A stretch of DNA of 64,000 nt from an uncultured Bacilli bacterium. GTDB taxonomy: Bacteria > Bacillota_I > Bacilli_A > RF39 > UBA660. Position numbers and translations under genes: made by a program. Shown here one piece after another: positions 48,834 through 58,496 of the stretch. The stretch covers positions 23,037-87,036 of the forward strand of contig CANRCE010000001.1 of NCBI GenBank assembly GCA_947629035.1, read 5' to 3'. Within the stretch, counting starts at the first letter, position 1. Each line of letters starts with the position of its first letter. Below the pieces are notes generated by a model. The model was not told the origin of the DNA, ran no database searches, and was given only the letters and a program-made list of their open reading frames with translations.

Positions 48834-50378
48834 TTATTTTTCAATTTTTATAATTATTTGATATTCTTTTTCTAAATCCATTTCATTTATAGTTATCGTT
48901 TTGCCACTATTTTCTATTTTAGATACAACCTCACGAATTGATGATATAGCATCATTTAAGTTATTATTTGACTGACCATTACTGATTGGTTCAACTGGTG
49001 GTTGCAATTCTGGTGACACTACTGGTGTAGGTTCAATATTTATTGCTGATAATGGCTCTTCTTTAGGTGATGGCATTGTTGGTGCTTGTGGCGTGATTGG
49101 ATTTGTAATATCAATTATTGTAGGTTCTTGTGTGTTTGTTGACATGTTTGGCATGCTGTTATTTTGTGCCATTATAGGTGGTGTCATTGTTGGTTCAATA
49201 TTATTAGATTGTGATGAAAAACTTGGAATTGGACTTGGAACTACTGGCTCAACTGGGATATTTGGCAGTACTATTTGAGCATTAGGTATTGGTCCTTGTT
49301 GAGTTGGTGTTTGACTAGCTCCAATTGGTTCAGGCATCACAGGCATTTGAATTGTATTTACATTTGGTTGGGGTGTTGACTGTGGCATAGGATTTTGTAA
49401 TGAAGCTTCATTATTTTGATTCATTCCTGGTGCTTGTGGTACTGTAAAATTCATATTTACTGTTTCATTTTCAAGTGGCTTATTAAAATTTGAAGCCTCA
49501 CTTGGTTGTGCTACTGGTTGATTTACCATATTATTTTGTTCTTGATTCATATCTATTATCTCCTCTTTTCTATCTTCAATTAAAGGTTCAACATCATTAA
49601 AGACATTTGAATTTGTATCATATATATTTAAATCATTTAAAGCAAATTTTACGTTATTATTTATTGAATTATTAGTTAATGAAATAGCTTCATTTAAATC
49701 ATTTAGATTAACTGTATTATTATTTGTTCCTTCAAGTGGATCTATTATTGTTTCTTGATTACTATCTTGATTTTGTTTTAACAAAGACTTAATATAGTCT
49801 TCAGTTGCTTTTACATTTAATTTTTGAGATATTATTTTATTTAATACTTCTTTTTGTTTATTTTCATCAGATAGTTGCAATAAGCTTCTTGCATGTCGTT
49901 CTGATATTTCATTATTCATTAGTGAATCCTGAATTTCTTTAGGTAATTTTAATAATCTTAATTTGTTGGCAATACTACTTTGTGATTTGCCTATTTTTTG
50001 TGATAAATCTTCCTGTTTTAAATTTCCTAAATTCATTAAATTTTGATATGCCCTAGCTTCTTCGATAGCATTTAAATCTTTTCGTTCGAGATTTTCTATT
50101 AATGCTAATGAAGCACTAGTAATATCATCTACTTCATTTACTATTACTGGTACTTCTTTTAATCCTGCAATAATAGCAGCTTTATATCTTCTTTCTCCTG
50201 CAATGATTTCATATTTATCATTAATTTTTCTAACGGCTAGTGGTTGAATTATTCCATAATTTTTTATCGAAGTAGCTAATTCATTTAATTCTTCTTCATT
50301 AAATATCATCCTTGGTTGATATCTATTTGGTATTATGTTTTCAATTTTTATATATTCAATTTGCTTTGCCGTATTCAT
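48834..50378 (-). CDS. ParB/Noc-like DNA-binding protein with long P/Q/N-rich low-complexity C-terminal extension
   Basis: 514 aa. ParB N-domain (IIPNRYQPRMIFNEEELNEL..SIKNYGIIQPLAVRK...YEIIAGERRYKAA) and HTH (LSQKIGKSQSSIANKLRLLKLP), then ~250 aa of P/Q/N/T-rich sequence and a ~50-aa C-terminal segment. No parA/soj gene in the window. Confidence 0.75.
   Translation of the reverse strand: MNTAKQIEYIKIENIIPNRYQPRMIFNEEELNELATSIKNYGIIQPLAVRKINDKYEIIAGERRYKAAIIAGLKEVPVIVNEVDDITSASLALIENLERKDLNAIEEARAYQNLMNLGNLKQEDLSQKIGKSQSSIANKLRLLKLPKEIQDSLMNNEISERHARSLLQLSDENKQKEVLNKIISQKLNVKATEDYIKSLLKQNQDSNQETIIDPLEGTNNNTVNLNDLNEAISLTNNSINNNVKFALNDLNIYDTNSNVFNDVEPLIEDRKEEIIDMNQEQNNMVNQPVAQPSEASNFNKPLENETVNMNFTVPQAPGMNQNNEASLQNPMPQSTPQPNVNTIQMPVMPEPIGASQTPTQQGPIPNAQIVLPNIPVEPVVPSPIPSFSSQSNNIEPTMTPPIMAQNNSMPNMSTNTQEPTIIDITNPITPQAPTMPSPKEEPLSAINIEPTPVVSPELQPPVEPISNGQSNNNLNDAISSIREVVSKIENSGKTITINEMDLEKEYQIIIKIEK
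48986..49736 (-). repeat. Low-complexity (P/Q/N/T-rich) coding region within the ParB-like gene
   Basis: Compositionally biased translation (...PQAPGMNQNNEASLQNPMPQSTPQPNVNTIQMPVMPEP...). Confidence 0.6.
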
Positions 50379-50467
50379 ACTATATATCCCTTCCTATTCA
50401 TCTTATTATAATAATACAATAAAATTAAAACTTTTACAAGAAATTTTAATTATTTTCTGTAAAAGTT

Positions 50468-51169
50468 TTATAATTCTCTCTTTTTTATTTCATTATAGCT
50501 TCTTGGATAGGTTAAAGATGTTGGTTTTAATTTTTTATAACTTATTATTGTTCGAAGACTATTTTCTATAGGAAGCTTAAATATTTCTTTTTTTTCTTCA
50601 ATAATATTTAATTTTTGATAATAATTATCTATATTTTTAATTTCATTATCTATATTTCCTTTTAAACAGATAAAATTACCATTTACTTTTACTAGAGGTA
50701 TTCCATATTCAAGTAAATGTTTTAAAGGAGCTACTGCTCTAGATATGACAATATCAAATATTTCTCTTTTGGTTTTAGCATAATTTTCTATTCTATCATT
50801 TATTATTTTTACATCATTTAGTTTTAATGTTTGAGTTACTAATTGTAGAAAATTACATTTTTTTAGGGTAGCATCTATTAATGTTAATTTTATATTGGGA
50901 AAGACTATTTTTAAAACTAATCCTGGAAATCCAGCTCCTGTTCCTATATCGCATATACTTTGACTTTCTAGATTTATTATTTTAGTTGTTGTTATACTAT
51001 CATAAAAATGTTTTAAATATACTTCTTTTTCTTCAGTTATGGCTGTTAAGTTATATTTTTTATTTTCTTCTTTTAATAGATTGTAATAGATATCTAAATT
51101 TTCTAATTGTTCTTTTGTTAAAACTATTCCTAGTTTTTTTAATTCTTGAATAAATTCATCTTTACTCAT
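50468..51169 (-). CDS. rsmG: 16S rRNA (guanine527-N7)-methyltransferase
   Basis: 233 aa. GidB family SAM motif (ICDIGTGAGFPGLVLKIVFP). Follows mnmG. Confidence 0.85.
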   Translation of the reverse strand: MSKDEFIQELKKLGIVLTKEQLENLDIYYNLLKEENKKYNLTAITEEKEVYLKHFYDSITTTKIINLESQSICDIGTGAGFPGLVLKIVFPNIKLTLIDATLKKCNFLQLVTQTLKLNDVKIINDRIENYAKTKREIFDIVISRAVAPLKHLLEYGIPLVKVNGNFICLKGNIDNEIKNIDNYYQKLNIIEEKKEIFKLPIENSLRTIISYKKLKPTSLTYPRSYNEIKKREL

Positions 51170-53024
51170 TATAATACTTCCTTAAATATATTAATAATAT
51201 TGATATGTCTGCTGGATTTACACCACTTATTCTTAAAGCTTGAGCTATATTAAGAGGTCTTATTTTTTTTAATTTATCTCTTGCTTCGCTTGCTAAATTG
51301 GGAATTTTATCATAATCTATATCATTAGGTATTTGCTTTTCTTCATTTTTTAACATTTTTTGGGCTTCTCTTTCTACTTTAGTTATATAACCTGAATATT
51401 TTATTTGAATTTCTACTTCTTCGATTATATCATCAGTATATTTTAATTGTAGTTGATATTTATCTATTAAATTTTTTAAATTAATATTTGGATTTTTCAA
51501 ATATTCATATACTGAAATTCCAATTCGTTTTTTTTCACTATCTACAGTTATTTTGGTATTTTTTAACTCTGTAATTAATTTTTTTATATTTTCTTTTTTA
51601 ATTTGAAATTTTTGATATTGTTGTTCGTTTATTAATCCAACTTTATAACCATATTCTCTTAGTCTTAAATCAGCATTATCGTGGCGTAGTAAAAGACGAT
51701 ATTCTGCTCTAGAAGTTAGCATTCGATATGGCTCATTTGTTCCTTTGGTTACTAAATCATCAATTAATACACCAATGTAGGCTTCATTTCTTTTTAAAAT
51801 TAAAGGTTCTTTATTTTCTAAAGCCAAAGCTGCATTAATTCCTGCGATTAATCCTTGACATGCTGCCTCTTCATAGCCACTTGTTCCATTTATTTGACCT
51901 GCTGTATATAGATTTTTTATTATTTTATTTTCTAAAGTTGGCTTCATTTGTGTAGGATATATAGCATCATATTCAATGGCATAGGCATATTTTAATATTT
52001 TAGCATTTTCTAATCCTGGTAATGAATGTACCATTTTTTCTTGAATATTTTTAGGCATACTTGTTGAAAATCCTTGTAAATAAATATCATCATAGTATTT
52101 ACTTTCTGGTTCTAAAAATAATTGATGTTTTGGTTTATCAGAAAATCTAACAATTTTATCTTCGATAGATGGACAATATCTTGGTCCTACACCAGTTATA
52201 TCATTAAGTCCTCCATACATGCTTGATTTATTTAAATTATCTAAAATTATTTTTTTGGTTTCATCGGTCGTATATATTAGATAACATGGTTGTTGATTAT
52301 TTAGATCATAAGTGGCCTCTTCATCATGGGAAAAAGTATAATATTTGTTATCTCCATCTTCACGTTTTGCTTTACTAAAGTCTATAGTATCTCTTTTTAT
52401 TCTTGGTGGAGTACCTGTTTTTAATCTTAATATGTCAAGACCATATTTTTTTAAATTATCACTTAAATGAAGTGATGGTTTTTCATTATGTGGGCCACTT
52501 CTAGTACGAGTAGAACCTACTAAAATATCAGATTTTAGGTATGTTCCAGTAGTTAAAATTACAATATTACTAGTTATTTTTGTAAAATCATCTAAAATAA
52601 CACCTTTTACTTCTTTGTTTTCAACGATTAAATCTTCGACCATTGCTTCTTTTATTTCTAAATTTTTTTGATTCATTAATATTTCTTGCATAAATTTTGG
52701 ATAAGTTATCTTATCAGCTTGTGCTCTTAAAGATCTTACTGCTGGACCACTTGAACTGTTTAACATTTTCATCTGAAGTAAAGTAGCATCAGCAGCTTTT
52801 CCCATTTGACCTCCTAGAGCATCAATTTCTCTTACAATTATTCCTTTAGCAGATCCTCCAATTGAGGGATTGCATGGCATTGTTGCAATATTTGAAATTG
52901 ATGATGTTATTAGTAATGTTTTATGATTTTTTCTAGCTGAAGCTAGGGCTGCTTCACATCCTGCATGTCCTGCTCCAACGACAATTACTTCGTATTTATC
53001 TTTCACATTTATCACCTTTGTCAC
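51162..53024 (-). CDS. mnmG: tRNA uridine 5-carboxymethylaminomethyl modification enzyme MnmG (GidA)
   Basis: 620 aa. FAD-binding VIVVGAGHAGCEAALASAR. Confidence 0.95.
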   Translation of the reverse strand: MTKVINVKDKYEVIVVGAGHAGCEAALASARKNHKTLLITSSISNIATMPCNPSIGGSAKGIIVREIDALGGQMGKAADATLLQMKMLNSSSGPAVRSLRAQADKITYPKFMQEILMNQKNLEIKEAMVEDLIVENKEVKGVILDDFTKITSNIVILTTGTYLKSDILVGSTRTRSGPHNEKPSLHLSDNLKKYGLDILRLKTGTPPRIKRDTIDFSKAKREDGDNKYYTFSHDEEATYDLNNQQPCYLIYTTDETKKIILDNLNKSSMYGGLNDITGVGPRYCPSIEDKIVRFSDKPKHQLFLEPESKYYDDIYLQGFSTSMPKNIQEKMVHSLPGLENAKILKYAYAIEYDAIYPTQMKPTLENKIIKNLYTAGQINGTSGYEEAACQGLIAGINAALALENKEPLILKRNEAYIGVLIDDLVTKGTNEPYRMLTSRAEYRLLLRHDNADLRLREYGYKVGLINEQQYQKFQIKKENIKKLITELKNTKITVDSEKKRIGISVYEYLKNPNINLKNLIDKYQLQLKYTDDIIEEVEIQIKYSGYITKVEREAQKMLKNEEKQIPNDIDYDKIPNLASEARDKLKKIRPLNIAQALRISGVNPADISILLIYLRKYYNE

Positions 53025-53281
53025 TTTTTTTGAGTTACTGTTTTTTCATTTATAGCTTTATGTAATTCTAATTTTTTTTTGGCACTTTCGTTCATAAACT
53101 CTTCCTTGTATGGCATTTTGTTTATTTGAGTTAATATTATCATATAATAACTACTATCATCTTCGATATAACCAGCTTCATGATATGCAATATCCCAAGA
53201 ACCATATTTTCTTACAAATGGTTTTTCTTGCAATTTTTTATCAGTTACATTTTGATAATTTGAACTCATTTTTAAATCCAT
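53021..53281 (-). CDS. Small hypothetical protein inserted between mnmE and mnmG
   Basis: 86 aa. 10-nt gap after mnmE and a 4-nt overlap with the mnmG start, so an operon position. No motif recognised. Confidence 0.4.
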   Translation of the reverse strand: MDLKMSSNYQNVTDKKLQEKPFVRKYGSWDIAYHEAGYIEDDSSYYMIILTQINKMPYKEEFMNESAKKKLELHKAINEKTVTQKK

Positions 53282-53291
53282 AACTTACCTC

Positions 53292-54647
53292 CTACTTTCC
53301 TAAACAAAATCTTGAAAATAATTCATCAATTAATTCATCTGTATAAGTTTGTCCAATTATTTCACCAAGATGATTCCATGCTTCTTTTAATTCTAGCTCA
53401 ATCATGTCAATAGGACTATTATTATCAATATTTTCTTTTGCAGATTTTATATTTTCGTTAGCTTTTTTTAGTAATGATATACTTCTTGCATTTGATAGAT
53501 AAGTTAAATCTTGTGTTTCTATTTTATTTAAATTAAACATTCTTTTTATTTCTTCTAGTACTGCATCAATGCCAATATTATTTTTAATACTTATTTCTAT
53601 GACTTTTTCATTGATATTTAATTTTTTTTCTAAATCTATTTTATTGATAATGATAATGTGATTTTTATTTTTTATTAAATCTAGTAATTTTTTATCTTCA
53701 AAAGCCAATGGTTCATTGTTATTTAATAATAATAAAACTAAATCTGATTTTTTTATAATTTCTATACTTTTTTCTACGCCAATTTGTTCTACGATATTAT
53801 CAGTCTGTCTAATACCTGCCGTGTCTATTATATTTAAGATGATACCATCTAGTGATATTTTTCCCTCAACTATATCCCTGGTTGTGCCTGCAATATCAGT
53901 AACTATTGCTTTATCTTCTTCTAGTAGGGCATTTAAAAGACTACTTTTTCCAACGTTAGGTCTTCCAATAATACCAACTTTTATACCATCATTTATTAAT
54001 TTTCCTGTTTCTGATTTTTTTATAATATTTTCAAGTTCTTGGTGAATTTTTTCTATTTTAGGTTTTATTGTCTTGGTTGTTACGACTTCAATGTCTTCAT
54101 ATTCTGGATAATCAATGTTTACTTCAATATTGGTTATTATTTCTATTAATTTATTTCGAAGATTTTTTATTAAATCTGATACTTTCCCACTTAATTGATT
54201 TATGGAAGCAGCTCTAGAAATATCTGTTTTAGCATTTATTAAATTCATAATACCATCGGCTTCAACTAAATCAATTCTTCCGTTTAAAAATGCTCTTTTG
54301 GTAAATTCCCCAGGTTCTGCTAAACGACAACCATTAATTAGTAATAATTCTAAAACTTTATTGGTTGTGGCTATACCACCATGACAATTTATTTCTACAA
54401 TATCTTCTTTGGTAAATGTTTTTGGAGCTTTCATTAATGATACTAAAACTTCATCAATAACATTATCATTATCCACAATATGGCCGTAGTGTATTGTATG
54501 ACTTTTTTGTTGTTGTAAATTTTTTCCCTTAAAAATACTATTCACTATACTTATAGAATTACTTCCACTTACTCTAATTATAGAAATAGCTCCAACTCCC
54601 AAGGCTGTGGATATGGCTGCAATTGTATCATTCATAATTCTAAACAT
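53292..54647 (-). CDS. mnmE: tRNA modification GTPase MnmE (TrmE)
   Basis: 451 aa. G-domain GRPNVGKSSLLNAL, DTAGIR, C-terminal CLGK. Confidence 0.95.
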   Translation of the reverse strand: MFRIMNDTIAAISTALGVGAISIIRVSGSNSISIVNSIFKGKNLQQQKSHTIHYGHIVDNDNVIDEVLVSLMKAPKTFTKEDIVEINCHGGIATTNKVLELLLINGCRLAEPGEFTKRAFLNGRIDLVEADGIMNLINAKTDISRAASINQLSGKVSDLIKNLRNKLIEIITNIEVNIDYPEYEDIEVVTTKTIKPKIEKIHQELENIIKKSETGKLINDGIKVGIIGRPNVGKSSLLNALLEEDKAIVTDIAGTTRDIVEGKISLDGIILNIIDTAGIRQTDNIVEQIGVEKSIEIIKKSDLVLLLLNNNEPLAFEDKKLLDLIKNKNHIIIINKIDLEKKLNINEKVIEISIKNNIGIDAVLEEIKRMFNLNKIETQDLTYLSNARSISLLKKANENIKSAKENIDNNSPIDMIELELKEAWNHLGEIIGQTYTDELIDELFSRFCLGK

Positions 54648-54684
54648 TCCTTTCTTTTTTTATATTTTAGCATAGTTCAAGAAA

Positions 54685-54708
54685 AAAAACTACAAAAAAG
54701 TAGTTTTT
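54685..54708 (-). terminator. Hairpin (AAAAACTAC-a6-GTAGTTTTT) immediately downstream of the rpmH stop
   Basis: Perfect 9-bp stem seen directly. T-rich on both arms, so it can terminate in either direction. Confidence 0.5.
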
Positions 54709-54710
54709 AA

Positions 54711-54833
54711 TTAAGCTGATAATTTTTTTCGACCTTTAGCTCTTCTTTTATTTAAAACATTTCCTTTTATTCTAGAGAAAAAGCCATGTTTCTTTGCTTT
54801 TTTTCTTTTATTTGGTTGATAAGTCCTTTTCAT
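54711..54833 (-). CDS. rpmH: 50S ribosomal protein L34
   Basis: Hand-translated 40-aa [43 protein letters not shown], a canonical L34. Too short for the supplied ORF track. Confidence 0.9.
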   Translation of the reverse strand: MKRTYQPNKRKKAKKHGFFSRIKGNVLNKRRAKGRKKLSA

Positions 54834-54932
54834 TTCTAACACCTCCAAAGTTAAATGCTCTTATATTATATAAGGTAATTTTTATAATGTCAAGCTTTTT
54901 TTAAAATTTAGCTATCTTTTTTTCTTATTTTT

Positions 54933-54941
54933 TGTTATAAT
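54933..54941 (+). promoter_or_regulatory. Extended -10 element (TGTTATAAT) upstream of the HerA-like ATPase gene
   Basis: TGnTATAAT at 54933-54941, with RBS AGGAAGGGA at 54951-54959 and ATG at 54966. Confidence 0.4.
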
Positions 54942-54965
54942 GATATAGAATAGGAAGGGATTTTT

Positions 54966-56726
54966 ATGTTCAAAGAAATACTTGCAATTAGTAAAAATTT
55001 TGCTTTAGTTAAAATTGAGGGTCAGATTAATGATGATCTTTTGAATTATAATGTTGTATTTGAAGAAGATAATAAAAAAATATTAGGAGAAATTGAAGAG
55101 ATTAATGATGGACAAGCTCGTATTACGTTTTTAGGAGAATTTCATGATGGAAAATATTATGATGGTATTATTCGAAAACCTAGCTTAAATGCCAAAATTA
55201 GAATTATTAACGAAGATGAACTTAAAGAATTAGTAGGAGCTAATGATAATCGAAGTATGATTTTAGGATTATCACCATTATATAATGATTTTCCTATTCA
55301 TATAAATATTAATGAAATGTTTAGTAATCATAGTGCTATTTTTGGTAACACTGGTAGTGGTAAAACTTACGGTGTAGCACGTTTTGTTCAAAATTTATTT
55401 CATATTGATGATAAAATTCCTTTTAATAGCAATATATTTATATTCAATAATACAGATGAATATGACAATGCTTTTAATAATTTAAATACGATTAATCCTA
55501 ATTTTAATTATAAAATCTTTACTACTAATACTAATCAAACAACGATACCAATTATAAAGTTACCTCTATGGCTTTTTAGTGTTGATGATTTTGCTAATTT
55601 ATTAGATGTAACTGAATATTCTCAAATTATGGTTATTGAAAAAACATTAAGTTATGTATCTTTATTTGCAAGGAATGATGAAGAGTCTCATCGTTATAAA
55701 AATCATTTAATTGCTAAAGCAATAATTAATGTTATGTATACTAATCAAACATCTGCTAGAATTCGTGACCAAATATTTTCAATTTTAACTGATTGTCATA
55801 CACCAGAACTTAATTTAGATGTTGAAGTTCCAGGTGTTGGATATACTAGAGAATTTCGTAAATGTTTTGATATAGATAGTCAAGGAGAATTTGTTGAAAG
55901 AATACTTATAACTGGCTATATAGCTCAATTTGTGGATAATAATACTAAATGGAATGAAGATTATGTACCTTGTTATTTTACAATGGATGATTTAGAAGTT
56001 GCTATGAATTTTGCTTTAATTTCTGAAGGACTTTTGTTAAATGAAAAGACTTCTTCAGAAGCGACTGCTTTAAAAGTTAAACTTCATACATTAAATAATA
56101 GTTCTAGTCGAAAGTTTTTTGAATATGATCGATTTATTAATATAAATGAATTTATTTCTGATTTAATATTAATAAATGGTAATAAAAGAGCACAGATTAT
56201 TAATTTTGTACTAGAAGATATCGATGATAGATTTGCTAAAAATTTAGTAAAAATATATTCTAGAATACTTTTTAAATTTTCTAAATATTTACCAGATCGA
56301 GGAGCTATGCCTATTCACATTATGTTAGAAGAAGCCCACAGATATGTTCAAAAAGATAATGATCTAAATATTTTAGGATATAATATTTTTGAAAGAATAG
56401 CTAAAGAAGGTAGAAAATTTGGACTGGTATTAGATTTAATTACTCAAAGACCTACTGAATTATCAGAAACTGTTATATCTCAATGTAGTAATTTTTTGAT
56501 TTTTAAAATAAATCATCCAACTGATTTAGAATATATAAGAAAAATGGTTCCTAATATAAGTAATGATGTTATAGAAAAACAAAAATCTCTTCAATCTGGT
56601 ACATGTGTAGCTTTTGGAAAAATGATGAAAATCCCTATGATTGTTAAAATGCAGCTTCCTGATCCTGAACCTCATAGTTCAAATGCTTCAATCTACGATA
56701 AGTGGATGATTGAGTGGAAAAAATAA
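54966..56726 (+). CDS. HerA/FtsK-superfamily ATPase (DUF87 'HerA-like helicase' domain), stand-alone
   Basis: 586 aa. N-terminal HAS-barrel-like segment (ILGEIEEINDGQARITFLGEF). Walker A GNTGSGKTYGV. Walker B/DEAH-like IHIMLEEAHRYV. Conserved LITQRPTELSETVISQCSNFLIFKINHP block typical of HerA-type ATPases. No TM segments. Confidence 0.65.
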   Translation: MFKEILAISKNFALVKIEGQINDDLLNYNVVFEEDNKKILGEIEEINDGQARITFLGEFHDGKYYDGIIRKPSLNAKIRIINEDELKELVGANDNRSMILGLSPLYNDFPIHININEMFSNHSAIFGNTGSGKTYGVARFVQNLFHIDDKIPFNSNIFIFNNTDEYDNAFNNLNTINPNFNYKIFTTNTNQTTIPIIKLPLWLFSVDDFANLLDVTEYSQIMVIEKTLSYVSLFARNDEESHRYKNHLIAKAIINVMYTNQTSARIRDQIFSILTDCHTPELNLDVEVPGVGYTREFRKCFDIDSQGEFVERILITGYIAQFVDNNTKWNEDYVPCYFTMDDLEVAMNFALISEGLLLNEKTSSEATALKVKLHTLNNSSSRKFFEYDRFININEFISDLILINGNKRAQIINFVLEDIDDRFAKNLVKIYSRILFKFSKYLPDRGAMPIHIMLEEAHRYVQKDNDLNILGYNIFERIAKEGRKFGLVLDLITQRPTELSETVISQCSNFLIFKINHPTDLEYIRKMVPNISNDVIEKQKSLQSGTCVAFGKMMKIPMIVKMQLPDPEPHSSNASIYDKWMIEWKK

Positions 56727-56784
56727 AATTATAATGTAAGGTATTTCAATGCTTTACATTTTTTTTACACAAATTCAACAGTCC

Positions 56785-56895
56785 TGTGGATAAAATTTGT
56801 CAACTATGTGGATTAAAAATTTTATTATAAATTTGTGGAAAACAAAAAAAATCCTTTTAAAATAATAACTTTTATTGTTGAAAACTTGTTGATAA
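56785..56895. promoter_or_regulatory. DnaA-box cluster upstream of dnaA (oriC / dnaA promoter region)
   Basis: TGTGGATAA (56785-56793) is the perfect reverse complement of TTATCCACA. TGTGGATTA (56807-56815), TGTGGAAAA (56834-56842) and TGTTGATAA (56887-56895) each carry one mismatch. All four are in the same orientation. Confidence 0.75.
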
Positions 56896-56987
56896 ATTGT
56901 TGATATCATTGTTTAAAGAAAAAAAATGCTAGACAAATACTTTTTTTGCGTTATAATAAAGTTATGAAGTTTAGGAGGCGATAGGAA

Positions 56988-58346
56988 TTGGATACATCTG
57001 TGATTTGGAATAATTTTCTTGAGAAGATAAAAGATAGACTTTCGCCTTTATCTTATGATTTGTGGTTTAAGGAAACATATTTATATAGTATGGATAATAG
57101 TACTGTAACTATTATTGTTCCATCAAAATTACATATTACTCATTTGGATGATAACTATAAAGATGATATTGTGGAAATATTTAGTTTATTAACAGGTAAT
57201 AACTATAATTTTGTTTTTAAATTAAAAGAAGATTTAGAACAAACTGTTGATGATAGTACTTTTTTAATTAAAGATGTTTCTAACAATATTCATCAAAATT
57301 CGATTAGTGCAAATTTAAACAGTGATTATACTTTTGAAAATTTTGTAGTAGGTGATAGTAATAAATTTGCTTTTACGGCTTCACGGGCTGTCGCTGAAAG
57401 ACCAGGAAAAGCATATAATCCTTTATTTTTATATGGAAAAAGTGGATTAGGTAAGACTCATCTTATGCAAGCTATTGGCAATTATATAATTCAAAATACT
57501 AATAAGAAAGTTTTATATATTTCAAGTGATCAATTTGTTAATGACTATATTTCGGCAGTTAGATCAAATGATGCAAATAATTTTGATAAAATTGATAGTT
57601 TTAAGCGAAAATATCGTGATATAGATGTTCTAATTATTGATGATATTCAGTTTCTAGGTAGTGCTACAAAAGGTCAAGAGGAATTTTTTCATACTTTTAA
57701 TGAATTATATAACTCAAATAAGCAAATAATTATTGCCTCTGATCGTTCTGTTGATGATTTGAAAATGTTAGAGAATCGATTGCTTACAAGATTTAATTCG
57801 GGTCTTACAGCAAATATAACACCACCTGATTTTGATTTGAGAATGAGTATTATTAGAAAAAAAATAATGTATCAAGAGTCGGCTTCGGATATTCCTGATA
57901 ATGTTATAGAATATATAGCTAATAATTTTGCTTCGGATGTAAGGCAATTATCTGGAGCAATTACTAGAGTATTTGCTTATTCATTAATGATGAATAAAGG
58001 AATTATAAATTTAGATATTGCAATTGAAGCTTTAAAAGATCAATTACATGATAAAGGAGTATATAAAAATGACATTCATAGGATTCAAAGAATCGTTTGT
58101 GATTACTTTAAAATAGAAATTGAGGATATAAAGGGTAAAAAAAGAAGTAAAAATATTAATTATCCTAGACAAATAGCTATTTATTTATGTAGAACATTAA
58201 CTACTGAATCTTTTCCTAAAATAGGAACTTATTTTGGAGGTCGTGATCATTCAACAATTATTAGTTCATATAAGAAGATATCTAATGAATTGAAAAAGAA
58301 TAATCAACTTCAAACTGTTATTGAGGAATTAAAGCAATCTATATAG
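56988..58346 (+). CDS. dnaA: Chromosomal replication initiator protein DnaA
   Basis: 452 aa. AAA+ Walker A GKSGLGKTHLMQAIGN, domain IV HTH. It appears to start with TTG (56988) 9 nt after RBS AGGAGG; no in-frame ATG is suitably placed. Confidence 0.95.
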   Translation: MDTSVIWNNFLEKIKDRLSPLSYDLWFKETYLYSMDNSTVTIIVPSKLHITHLDDNYKDDIVEIFSLLTGNNYNFVFKLKEDLEQTVDDSTFLIKDVSNNIHQNSISANLNSDYTFENFVVGDSNKFAFTASRAVAERPGKAYNPLFLYGKSGLGKTHLMQAIGNYIIQNTNKKVLYISSDQFVNDYISAVRSNDANNFDKIDSFKRKYRDIDVLIIDDIQFLGSATKGQEEFFHTFNELYNSNKQIIIASDRSVDDLKMLENRLLTRFNSGLTANITPPDFDLRMSIIRKKIMYQESASDIPDNVIEYIANNFASDVRQLSGAITRVFAYSLMMNKGIINLDIAIEALKDQLHDKGVYKNDIHRIQRIVCDYFKIEIEDIKGKKRSKNINYPRQIAIYLCRTLTTESFPKIGTYFGGRDHSTIISSYKKISNELKKNNQLQTVIEELKQSI

Positions 58347-58381
58347 TAACTAAACTGTTGATATATGTTAAATAAAATAAA

Positions 58382-58476
58382 TTATACACAAGTAATTGTG
58401 AAAAAAAAATCTTTATTTTATAAGAATTTATTTTACTTTTCCACAGTATGAACAGTGTAATAATAATAAATATTAA
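58382..58476. promoter_or_regulatory. dnaA-dnaN intergenic origin segment: DnaA boxes plus AT-rich unwinding element
   Basis: TTATACACA (58382-58390) and TTTTCCACA (58437-58445) are one-mismatch DnaA boxes. They are followed by the AT-run AATAATAATAAATATTAAAAG immediately before dnaN. Confidence 0.6.
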
Positions 58477-58496
58477 AAGAAAGAAGGTAATAGAAA

